Assembly: GCA_965202585.1 (NCBI GenBank)
Contig: OZ241826.1
Coordinates: 91,574,001 to 91,638,000, forward strand
Length of the DNA stretch: 64,000 bases
Reading direction: 5' to 3'
Origin: Thalia democratica
Taxonomy: Eukaryota
Under the pieces are notes generated by a model. That model ran no database searches. It had not been told where the DNA came from and saw only the letters and a program-made list of their open reading frames with translations. Shown in pieces: positions 46,661 through 58,203 of the stretch (positions are counted from its first letter, which is position 1; every line of letters starts with the position of its first letter). Position numbers and translations under genes: made by a program.

Positions 46661-49600
46661 TCTTTTGAGTCTAGCAAGAGTTTCGTTCTCTGAGGTAGAC
46701 TGTAGAGGGTAAGTTAGCCGGTATCTCGTATTAGATGATGGTGTTTCGTCCATTCTTATAAAATTTTTTTGTCTTTAATCTCTAACAGTTTTTGGTTTCG
46801 TAAAATCTTTAAATTAAGTATAAAAAAACAAACTAACTTCTTATTTATATTTGTTGTGATTTAGTATGTTTAAAATATTGGTGTAAATTTAATATTTAAA
46901 AACAACATGGTTGAAACTTAAGAAGATGTATGAAAACTATAAATCATGAACAACACTTATAATTAAATCAAATTTAAATTTAATATGCCCAAAACTTATT
47001 TTTTTTTAAATTTAAAAATAAATGTCAGTAATTCTAATACCTTTTAACAAAACTGAATGTTAGTTTTTCGTACATTTTTACTACAACTTAACTCAGTTAA
47101 CAAGACGAACTCATAATATGTTATTAAGCTAGTCATGTATAACTAATATAAAAGATTGTAATATGCAAACTATCAGATAATATTGTATTAAAAACGAATT
47201 AGTTAACTTTTAAAAATTTCTGATTGAAAAATATGTGAGTTAAACTGTTCAAAACTTAAACTAAAACACTAATTGCGAAAAGCACTAATAATAAAAAAAC
47301 ATTTACTTTTTGAAATGAAGTACTAAAAATATTTTAAGATTTAAAAGTTTCATTAAAAAAAACGTATGTTTACTACAACTAACAACAGTAAAGTTATTTC
47401 AAAAGAAAAAAAAGATTAAATTTCTAAACTAATGAAGTCTCACTAAAACAAAGCAACTTAAAACAGTTTAAAAGTTTCAATTGCAATCAAGATATAACAA
47501 TTAATTAGGTCGTTTAATAGCTTTTTACTTGGAACTTGAGTTTCATATTAATTGTAAAACTTTAGTAAATAAGCTCAATTGCTTTGTAAACAAAATTATA
47601 AACCACTTGTACCAAAACTTTAGTTGTAAGTTTTTAACTATACTTTAAACTAAGCTAAATTTATCTTTTTTACACCGATACAAAAAATTTTAAATTTTAT
47701 TTTTTTATTAAAATTGATATCAGTTTTAATTACACATTAAATGTATAACAATTTAAAGTAATTTATACACGATATTTTAGTAATATCGGGCAATAAAAAG
47801 TAAAGCATACAACAACTAACTTACACTAGATATTTCAAAGTTTTATTTAGTACTATAAAAAAAGTACCGAGGATAATTGACGACACATTTGAAACTTACA
47901 CTAGATGCTTTGGGTTTGTAATGAAGGGAGAGACTCAATTTTTAATTTTATAATAAAGGAACGACAATTTAAAAAAGTTTGGTAAACCCAGTTAGAGTAA
48001 ATTAAAAAGCTTAATTCTTTATTAGCTTTAAAAGCGGAAACACTTTGACTATATTAGGCATTCTTAAATTACTAACGTTGCTTCAAAGTTCAAAAAAAAG
48101 TCAAATTGAAAAATTAGACAAATACAAATTATGTAATTATTGATCTGGAATATACTTAAAAGTTATTTGCGGCTTAAAGTCACTAAACTCAAATTTTTGT
48201 ATTCTGCATTTATGCTTACATTTATTAAATAAATTTAAACTACTTTATGTAATTCATTTTTAGTAATTAAAGGTTACAATATTGAAAAGTAAAATAAACA
48301 AAACTGTCGTTAGAAAAAGTTGAACACTCTTTTAATTTCAATTGATTTCTTAAATAAGTCTTCTAAACAACTTTTATATATTTTGAATTAATTTTGAAAA
48401 GATATAAGTTTTAATAAATTTATAACAAATATATTAGTTTTAAGTCGCTATTGATTCAAAAAAAAACTAAATTCTTTCCTACAACAGAGTATGATAAGCT
48501 TTGTCATTTAAAACTTCTGTTAAATACATGTGGTTTAAGAAGAGTAAGTTAACTATTGATAAAAAGTATGTTTCAACTTTTATACAAACTTATTCTATTT
48601 TGTATACTAGATTTTAGTGTCTTTAAATATTATCTATTTATTATTTTTATCCATTAAAAACGCTTATATTTTTATAACTGTTTCTTCTGTCTCTATGGTA
48701 ACAAATATACTTTTTCAAGTTTAACTACAATGCATCTTGTTTTTTCGGGTATTTTGTTAAATTGTATTGTCAAGTAATGATATAATAAAGGAATAAAATT
48801 GAATTTCGTAAATCGATTTGTCGTGTAACCGATTGTAGTTAAACCGCAAAAATAAATGACTTGAGTGTGCTGAAAGCCTTCAGTGCTCGAGCCTTCAATA
48901 TTTTTAATCCAATAATGTTTTATTTAAGTGTTATATTTTGAACACATCACACAAGAGAGTACTCAACAGTATGCTTTGCAAATGAAATATTAACTTAAAA
49001 TATAGAGTTTGTTAACTCAAAAATGCTTACTTATTAGGAATTGCGTACTTGAGAAACGAACAGTTTGAAGATGACTTTATGTAAAAATATTTGAAGAAAA
49101 TACTTTGTGTCGGTTATGACGCGTTATTGCAGTGTTATACTTAAAACTAATTTTTTGTAACCACGTAAACTTTAATGCTGATAAATGTTTAGAATTTCCT
49201 TTAGAAAATATTTATAACTTAATATTTACCAAACTGATACATGTTTTATTTATTAAGACCAAGATTTTGGAAAACTATAACTTATACTTATTTCAGAAAT
49301 TAGCTACTAAAAAATTATTTCTAACTAATTATTTGTATATTAAATGATAAAGAAAATAAAAAGACATCTATAGTATTTTTTTACTTTAACTATATTGATA
49401 TACTGTTTTATTTTTAATACAACAAGTGTAAACATAAAAAAAGCACATAAACACGATCACTTTGTAAACTATGTTACTCTTTTTTAACATTTATTATGTG
49501 AAACTCACACAACTTAAATATCGGTTACAACTAACATATACTTATGTATTCAAATTAATTATCAGCAAAGAAATTGTTTGACATTAATAAACTGGCAAAA

Positions 49601-49932
49601 TTTTAAGTCTTACCAATTTTAACTCTAATTTAGGAACAGCTAAGCTTCATTAAAAAGCTTTAATTAAAAAAAATCCAAAAAAATGATAACTTCAAACTTT
49701 TACTGAAATAATAAACTTTAGCTTAATCAATCAGATGTAATTAGGAATATTTTTTTTTAAACCTAATGAAAACATATTCTGTAGTCATAGCATTAGATTT
49801 ACCTAAAGATATAAACTTAATTTATTATAAATTATCAATTTTTCGTAGTAAAAACGTTTCAACTTTTTTTAATAGTTAAAATACTTGATGACAAATTGTC
49901 TTATTCCTTATACAATGGTGTTACTATCGTTT

Positions 49933-52900
49933 TTATTTATTCGGATGATTGCGTTTCACATGGCTTTGCAACGATTGTACGTGTTTGTAAGCTTTTTGAC
50001 AATGAGGGCACGCGAAATCTCTGTTTTTGCTATGAACCCTTTGGTGAGCTGTCAAGTGGACTCTCCTGTAAAATGCTGACGTGCAATTTGGAAACGGGCA
50101 CGCAAACGGCCTTTTTCTATCAGTATGAATCTTCTCGTGTCTTCTGAGAATTTGTCTGGTTGCAAATGTTTTGAGGCAAACATCGCATTGAGCCCTTTCA
50201 TCGCCCGTTTTCGCATCTGGAGCAAGTCTGTTCTTTTCTTTGACTTTAATTGTATCATCACAACCTAAAAAAATGTTAAGCTTACTAAATTAAGGGCCTT
50301 ATAAGATTTATCAAAACTAGTTTAACTGTTTTTTACAGCTTTTAGTTTTCTTGAATATAAGATTTAAAATTATTTAAACTAGTTTTGTATCAATAACTTT
50401 TATAGATAACACTTGAAATAACCTCTAAGAAAATACAATTTTTTTTGTTTAAAACTGGAACTCTATTAATCAAAAAACGTTAATTTTAGCCAAGTATCAA
50501 ACACATAACCACAACTGAACTAATAGGAAATTTAGGGCAAATTGAGGAATTACAACAAGTGTGAAAACTAGGTTTTACAACAATAAAGACTTTTGAGTTT
50601 ATTACTTAAGTCCAAAACCTTAAACATAAAAACATACAAACTTAATGTTACCAAAAAAATATGATATAATTCAAAATGAAAAATATTTACCTTTCGCAGT
50701 TTTAGGCAGATCATCAACTTCAGCTTTTCCTGCATTATGTAAACTTCCTTCTAAACCTGTTTTCGATATGTAATTACTACTACTTAACTAGGAGATTTGA
50801 AAATTTTATAACTTTTATTTGTTTTGAAATATTTTTTTAGTTATTAATGTAATATGAAAGTAAGACATTTAGCGTAAACAAAAAACTTTGATTTCTTTAG
50901 AAAATCAATTCAGCTTTTTTAGCTTTATGTTTAATTTTGTAACCTGAAAATCCGAATAGTTTTTGAGCTGAATAGACTGTATTAAACAGTCAGTTAGAAA
51001 TAAGAAGATAACTGTTTTACTTTTATAGCATAGTATCAAAAGTTTATAAATTTATTTACTTAATTTTTGTTTTAGCAACTTTTACAGATAATCTAAAAAA
51101 AGGAATTAAAAAGTCCATATTTAAAATATACAACGAAGAATTTAAAAATAACGGTTTATCAACAAAATGTAAATGAAAACTTATGTCATATATGACTTTT
51201 TAAACCGTTGATAAATTAATAGCAAATTTAGGTTAAGGTAACGAGATTTACCAAAAGTAAAAATATCTTTGAAATAAGTGACGTTTTTTGTAAACTTGTA
51301 TGTCTAAAACTAAAACAACAATTAAATAAACTAAGACATTGTATGTCCAAAATGTTAATGCAAGACGTATTTATATAGATGGATTATATCATTTAAATTT
51401 CAATATTACCTTCTGTTTTCACAGGTAAGTCGTTAAATGCAGCTTCTTTCGGTTCAGGTAAATTTTCTTTCAAACCTGTGTTTGTTTTGTTGCTTTATTA
51501 CTACTTGACTTTTATTTTAAACCTCAAAACTTTTACAGCTTGTTAAATGTAAATAAGTTATGTTATGTAACAAGTAAGATATCTTATAGTTGATTGTAGT
51601 TTATTACATTTAGTTCATCAAACTAATAAACTTTTGTTAATTTTAAAGATACAGTACAAATTGTAAATTATAACTACTTTGGCTTTAAACCACAAAAAAC
51701 AAGAGAGTTTATAACTGTTTTTGTATCATACTAGTATATATATATATTAGTTTTAACTCATACTATTTTGGAAGCACTTAATAAAAGTACAGTTTTGTGT
51801 GTTTATTTTAAACTTCTACCAATGTTAAACAATAAAACTTGCCTTACTAATATCAATTTTACAAATATGATATAAAAATACTTGATTTGTTTAGTAAATA
51901 ATCATTTTTTAAACAAGAACTTTTTTTATAATTTTTGTTATTTGAATTTAGATAACCTATGGGTGTGTTTTTTATTTTACTTATCACAAACGAGGATAAA
52001 AACTAAATAAAATTTTTCCAAAATTATTTTTACATCCGCCTCCTTCAAATAAATCAAAAAAAATGTTAGACCCCTTAGTTAGATGTTATTACCCACGTTA
52101 TTAATGCTACCTTTATGATTGTTACCCAAATTATTAATTATAACCCCTGATACCCAAAGTTGCTCCAGAAGACCAATATAGCCCATTTTGGTAAACCCTG
52201 TCCTAGACACCGTTTTCATTTGAAATGAGTAAAAGAGCCTTGTTTTCTTTTTATTCTATATTACGGTCTAAAACTGAACAGCTTGAATAAAATAGCCAGC
52301 CATAATGTAGTACTCTATGACTGCTAAGAATTTTATAATCGCCAAAAAGGAAATTCAAAAAAGGATCTTGAATTTTTTTTTTCACAAAGAATCCAAATGG
52401 GTCCGGATCTTAGCATGAAAATCTGATTTGTGGATCGGGTAAATAACTTGTAAATACTTTTATTTTATAAATTTTTAACTTTTAAGTGGGCTCAAGAAAA
52501 TACCTTAAAATAATTTTTCTATGCTTATACTGCTTGTTGAAAATATTAAGTTTAAGATACAAAAAAAAGAAAGTAAACAATGATTGCTAACCTTTTAGGT
52601 TGTTGAGTGCTAATTCACTTTTTTCTTTGTCATTCAAGTATTTGCTAGTATCACTACCAGTTTGTTCTGCTTTACTCCCAGCTCCGCAACTTGATTGTTG
52701 TTTATCAATACTTGTTGTTTGTTTACTTAGTTCACTTTCTGTTTCACAAGAAAGACTGCCATCATATTCAGAAATTCTTCTATAAAACAGAGAATACGCA
52801 GCGGCTTTCAAAGCAAATTTCAACTCAGTTTTTCTTACCGAAGTGTCGTTGTACACATTCCACCGACCACTAGGTGCCTTGCAGTAAGCATAATAATGCC

Positions 52901-53666
52901 CATTGCCTGTCCTACGATTGCCCACGTAAACTATCACGCTGTACAGCTCATACAACACCGTTTCGTCTTGTTTATCTCGTAAATACGAGCTTATGTCAAT
53001 AACTTTTCGGAACTTTATCGGTTTTCTTACTTTCACAACCAAAACTTGCGGGCAAGATGTGATCACATTTTGTTCAGTCCAGCTCGTTTGTTTGTTGCAT
53101 TGATCACAATTTTTTTTAGAATCTTTTACAGCAAAGTATTTATTCAGGTTGTCTACAACATCGCCTTTTCCTGAGCCAAGGTAAGGAAAGCCTTTAATTC
53201 TATCCTCACTACCGCAGGCCTTACATTGACTTATTTCTTCTTGCTTGCACACAAAAATATCTTCCAGAAAGTTTTCTGAACAGCTTTTATCATCGACTTT
53301 TCCCATTTGTTCTTCCAAAAGAGTAAGAAACTCTATCGGGTCATTTTCCTCATTAATCTTCATACCTAAATTGTTTCCATCCATGACTTTTTTCAAACAG
53401 GCAACTGGCTCAATGAGAACTGGCTTCTTAATTCCAGTTTTGTTCAACTTGTCTAAATTGAAAAAAGTTTCCTTCACATTGCAGTAGTGACAACCTTTTT
53501 GGCAGGTGCAGTCGTGCTTCAAAAAGTGGTTGAACACCGAAGGTGTGTGCATAAGGGTCTGCATGACTGAGTTTGCGTAGCAGTTTAGGTTTTTGTTGAC
53601 CAATCCTGGCATTCTGCTTACTAATGCTAAATCAGATTGCCATTTCGATTCAATTTTGTAAACCAT
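49933..53666 (-). CDS. Ubiquitin-specific protease (peptidase C19, USP36/42/17-like) fused to three C-terminal C2H2 zinc fingers; 4 coding exons, about 512 aa
   Basis: Exon 53666-52592 has the Cys box GLVNKNLNCYANSVMQTL, two CxxC pairs (CKAC, CDQC), the His box YELYSVIVYVGNRRTGNGHYYAYCKAPSGRWNVYNDTSV and AAYSLFYRR. It ends AAA G|GTTAGC. Two 66-nt phase-1/1 exons follow (51475-51410, 50756-50691). The terminal exon 50264-49933 encodes CDVCLKTFATRQILRRHEKIH, CPFPNCTSAFYRRVHLTAHQRVH and CPHCQKAYKHVQSLQSHVKRNH, then TAA. All three introns are GT-AG phase 1 and the frame is preserved. An acceptor (ttttacag) at 53691 implies a further upstream exon. Confidence 0.8.
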
Positions 53667-53799
53667 TAAAATGTATATACTTTTTTTTGTCTGTAAAAAT
53701 TCAAACATTAAAAAAAGAATACTTTTTAATGGATGTACAAACGCCACTTAACATGTATGTATTTAAATATATACATAAAAATGTTGTATACAATTATAC

Positions 53800-55018
53800 A
53801 ACTTCGTAGAAAGACTGAGATGGCGCGCAAGTTTCTTTGAGATTCAGCAACCCGACAAAAGAACTATAAAGACGAAGACAAACACCATCAAACAAATGTT
53901 TTACCTACAAGAAGCACACCACAACCGGACGCAAAGTTAGCTGATTTTAAAAACGTTTTGTACAAGTTGATAAGTAACAATAAATTCAAAAGATACAACA
54001 ACAATTCATTAAACACTATGAAAAAAGACATCTAAAAAATGACATCCCCGACAAATAGTTTATTTTTTCTGAGAAATTACCTAACATTTACGAAATAGAC
54101 AAAAACACCTACAACAAACTTTTAAAAGAAAACAGCCCATAAGAACACAAAAAATCAAACCTGAGAATAATTGAACAATTAAATGAATAATTTACCAATT
54201 TATCAATAATTACAAAATACAGGCAAAACTAAAATAATAGAACAAAAATCCTAATTTATCATATCAAAAAACACAAAAAAATTTTCCAAAACAAAGCTAT
54301 AGAGTTTTGAACCCCTCTAAATCCCTTTTTAACAAACTCACCAAAGCTAAACTAGACACAATAAATAAAAAAAAACAATTAAAGGCTCAAAACTAAATCA
54401 ATGGAAGGACACAGACAGCATTATAAACTGGTTCAATACACTAAAAATAACCCTAAAACCCGATTCATGAAATTCAATATAACTAAATTTTACCCATCCA
54501 AAACAAAAAAAACCTTAATTATTTCATTAAATGCTGAAAATTTCACACCAATCATAGACAACGACCAAAAATTAATATTATATTCATGCAAGTCTACAAT
54601 TTTATACAAAAATAAAACATGGGAAAAAATAAACACAACTGACCTCTTTAACGTTAGCATGTTATCCTAAAATGGAACCGAAGTGTGCGACATGGTGGGA
54701 CTCTTTATGCTAGCAAAAAACAAAAAAAAATAATATATTTAACAACAAAGAGTTTGGAGTTTATAAGGACGATGGCCTCGCGGTCATACAATCGAGCTCG
54801 GCAAGAACCGCAGAAATTACACCCTAAGCGCTACATTAGATTTTTAACAATTCTGATTTTAAAGTAACAACAGACGCAGACCTAGTTCAAGGAAACTTTC
54901 TAGACATAGAGTTTAACCTAACCAACAAAACATACATCCCATTTAGAAAACCGAATTCGGATACCCTATATGTGAATAAGCAATTAAACCACCGAAACAA
55001 ATGTTAAAGCAAATGCCT
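53800..55018 (+). mobile_element. Degenerate Penelope-like (PLE) retroelement, reverse-transcriptase fragment
   Basis: Frameshifted, stop-riddled pieces: NIYEIDKNTYNKLLKEN, QWKDTDSIINWFNTLK, KFNITKFYPS (RT motif A-like), EVCDMVGLFML, GVYKDDGLAV (YxDD motif), NFLDIEFNLTNKTYIPFRKPNSDTLYVNKQ, KQMLKQMP. These follow the order typical of PLE RT/thumb. No GIY-YIG domain is seen, so the element is 3'-truncated. Confidence 0.8.
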
Positions 55019-56469
55019 ACAACTAAAGAGTTGATCATACCGATTCGATCATCAAGCCAAAAAAACTTCAGTAGACTGAAGTCTACACTGACCAGTATAC
55101 GGAAGGTTTGTGGTCTGATGGTCGAATTGGTACTATCAACCCTTTTGTTAAACTTTAGCTTGTTTCATGGCATACAAAAGTCCAGGCTTCTGCTCTGCAG
55201 AATTTCGCTGAAAAATACAGTTTCAACAAAATTTTAATTACACTGAGTTATTTGTAAAAAAAAAATTATATAACTTAAGTCGAGCAGAATTGAAAACAGT
55301 GAAATTGTACAAAAAATAAATATTTTTAGTTCAAACTAGCTAGCTCCCTAAAAATAACTTTTTCCATTGCTAGAACAATAAAAAAATGTGAAAAAAATTT
55401 TTACAAGTAAAAAGCACGTTTTATTCATTAATAATTTTTTGAAGCTGTTTTGTATTTTTAAGCACATCAATTATAAAGATTCAACGATATAAACTTAAAA
55501 TTGTAATTTTATAATTTAAGAGTTATAAAATGTAATAAACCTCTAACAAAAAATACTAGTTACAACTTGAAGTGGAGGTCAATTCAAGAATTTTTCTGAC
55601 AAAATTACATTCGTGACATAACAAAACTAGCCTTGCTTACAACAATAAGAAAAAAATAACAGTTGAAACTTTAAGCTAATTTAATTTTGAATAAATAATC
55701 TCAAACAATCCAAATAAATCTGGACAGTTAAAACATGAACAAATCAAGTTTCATACCCGTTTAAATAACATGGAATATTTTCAGTAAAACTTAGCTAAAA
55801 AATACTTTAATGATATTTTAAAAAGCGCTGTTGCTTGTTTGAACTCACGACAAGAACTAAACTGAAAGTGCAGTTATTTCAAAAACATACTTCTCTTGAA
55901 AAACTACTTTTTTGAACTTTTGTACTAAAAAAATGTCAATATCTCATTTTATTCTCACATTAATTATGAAAAAATACAAGCGAGCCTAAGGCGTTGTTCA
56001 AGTGTCAAACTACTGACAAAAGTTACCCTTTCATTAGCGTGAAAAAAAGCGAGTTTTATAAAAAGGTGCAAAATGTCAGCTAATAGTTTAACTATTTATA
56101 ATCAGACTTGTGTTGAGTAAGTGTGAAATTATCGGGTAACAAAAAATAATTATTTTTTTTAATTAAAGCCACCTGCTTTGCGTTAATATAGGCTTGTAAA
56201 CAAATTTATTTAAACTAAACACTTATTAAGATTTTTTCTAAAATATAATGCGCGTTGAGAAAATTTATGTCTTAAGTGTTAAGTTTATACAAAACCACAG
56301 TAAATTTAAATTGACGGAATAAATTTTGCTATACAGTTCGGCACGCAAGTAGCTTTTTTTCTGTGCTGTGCTTAAACTCAAGCTAAATTACATAGGTTGA
56401 TAATATTTACTGAAATGAATAGGTAAAATTTTTGGCACAACTAAATATAGTTTATTGAACGATTAAAAA

Positions 56470-56580
56470 AATACGCTGAAAATGTTTGGTCCTATGACCT
56501 GGTGCACGAAGAAGTTTTTGTTTACCGAGTCGTACAATACGGATACCTTTAAATGTCTTGTCCAGGACATAATATATTAA
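56470..56580 (+). repeat. Dispersed repeat with three copies in the window
   Basis: tttggtccta(t/g)gacctggtgcacgaa... at about 56485 and 63437, and in reverse orientation at about 43550-43595. Confidence 0.7.
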
Positions 56581-56931
56581 ATGTAAATATATATACATAC
56601 TTAAAGATTGAATAATACCCATAAAAATCACAACTGTTACTTTTAGCCAGGTATAATTTTATCAATAAAGGCACTTAAGTTATTAAAATTGTAAGTACAT
56701 TTTTTTGTATCCTTTATATTTTTCTTAAAATTACATACACTTACTTAATTTTTCAACAGTTGTATATAAAATCAAAAAATTAGTTGTTAGTTACAATATT
56801 ACGGTTATATCTTGTTTACATTAATATTTAATATTTAAGAATTATAACATGTTGCGTTCTGTTGTATGTATCCTGCCTTAAAAAAATTGCTGCTTTAAAG
56901 TGGCAGTTGAATTTATAACAGTTGACTTCAG

Positions 56932-57004
56932 CCCAACAAGGGCGACATCGGGTGGAACGTTTTCAGCCTGGACTATCATGTCAATCCTCCGATAAACACA
57001 ATGC
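56932..57004 (+). pseudogene. TUBGCP3: Orphan exon fragment of gamma-tubulin complex component 3 (GCP3/Spc98)
   Basis: After a cttcag acceptor the frame reads [23 protein letters not shown](M). This closely matches the GCP3 motif as I recall it ([21 protein letters not shown]). It is a GC-rich island in AT-rich DNA. No other GCP3 exon is visible in the window. Confidence 0.65.
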
Positions 57005-57944
57005 GTTACTTTTGTAGCTAATAAGGTACAATTGTGTTAGATTGAAGTTACATACTTTTGTTTGATCTTAAAGTAGTTGTTTTTTTTTTAGCTCTTGATA
57101 GTTTCATAGCAGAAAAGAAATTTCAAACTCTAAGTTACTGCACAACAGGAGTTTAAAGGCATGATAAAATTTAATAAGAGCTTTCAAAAACTCTTAAAAA
57201 ATCTAAATGGTTCACAAACTAAAAGTTAATCTTATACCAAAATGATAACCTGATTATCGTTTTATCAATTTATAATAAGTAACTTACACATTTAAAGCTG
57301 AAGTTTTTTAGCAATACTTCTTAAAGTTGTTATGTAATGACCATTTATACTTTGATTATTTATTATCACTGAGCTTGTAGTTTTAACCAAATAGGATATT
57401 AAATGATGCTGGTTATGTTTCTGAGTTAAAAATTAAACACACTCAAATCAATGTAAACTTTATTTAAAACAATCATTATTATTTCTGAAGAAAGAAACTA
57501 TTAAATAACGACACAAATAAAATCTATAAAAAAGTATTAACAATCGTAAAGTTGTATAAAATACTAACATCAACTCTGCGAAGTAGACGTTTTCTTGATT
57601 CTCGAAATTAGTAAATAAAACGTTGATTTTAATCGTAACTTGTGCGGAATAACTAATTCACCAACTAAGCAACTAACGCTTATTTGAGAGACAAACGCAA
57701 ATGTATACGCATTGAAATGAATATTAATAAAAAAAATATAAAAATGTTTGTTTTTAATACAAAAACTGTTTGTTTTTTTAATACTGGAAGCACGTTATAA
57801 AAACAGTGAAAAGCACTTACAACATTCGCTTTAAAAAAAAAAAAAGTAAATGTTAATATCATTACATAGTTTTTGAAAAAGTTTCGTTAAATTTACAAAA
57901 AACTATGACAATAACTAATTCAGTTTTAATATTATTTTATCGGC

Positions 57945-58075
57945 AACGGGTCAGAAAAGCACGGGTTACACTTTAGCACAGAATGAAACTTTAATACGGA
58001 GTGACACTTTAGCACGGCGTGGCACTTTAGCACGGCGTCACTTTAGCACAGAGTGACATTTTAGCACAAAATTTT
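57945..58075 (+). repeat. Subterminal-type repeat array (cactttagcac, ~19-bp period), probable transposon end
   Basis: About six copies of cac/ttttagcac following cgggtcag...cgggttac. Confidence 0.55.
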
Positions 58076-58203
58076 TTTTACATTTTGTTTTCTTTGCTTA
58101 AATCACATTAGATATTGTATTATTCAAGAATCTAAAAACGAACTATGAAACATGTAAACTAAAAGTTAACAAGCTTTAAATGAGTTACAAGATTAAACTA
58201 AGA

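Noticed and set aside
48855-48895. Short hairpin ctgaa-agcc-ttcag in a slightly GC-richer patch
   Set aside because: It is too short and has no recognisable RNA-family features.
49885-50261. ORF-track ORFs 49885-50079 (+), 49896-50147 (+) and 50052-50261 (-)
   Set aside because: These are alternative frames of the C2H2 terminal exon. The true frame has no ATG of its own and is reached by splicing.
51960-52205. GC-richer patch ending ggtaaaccctg, and similar relics near 47880-47990, 52395-52440 and 61860-62110
   Set aside because: These are probably old transposon fragments, but no paired TIR or TSD could be established.
55030-55130. Possible hammerhead ribozyme next to the PLE (ctgatgg..., ttgatgatcgaat, short hairpin gtagac-tgaa-gtctac)
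   Set aside because: The CUGANGA and GAAA core is incomplete, and I cannot build three stems. An Infernal search with hammerhead models would settle it.
56930-57020. Minus-strand reading VYRRIDMIVQAENVPPDVALVG, faintly like a PolX motif
   Set aside because: The plus-strand frame matches GCP3 far more specifically, so this is its antisense shadow.
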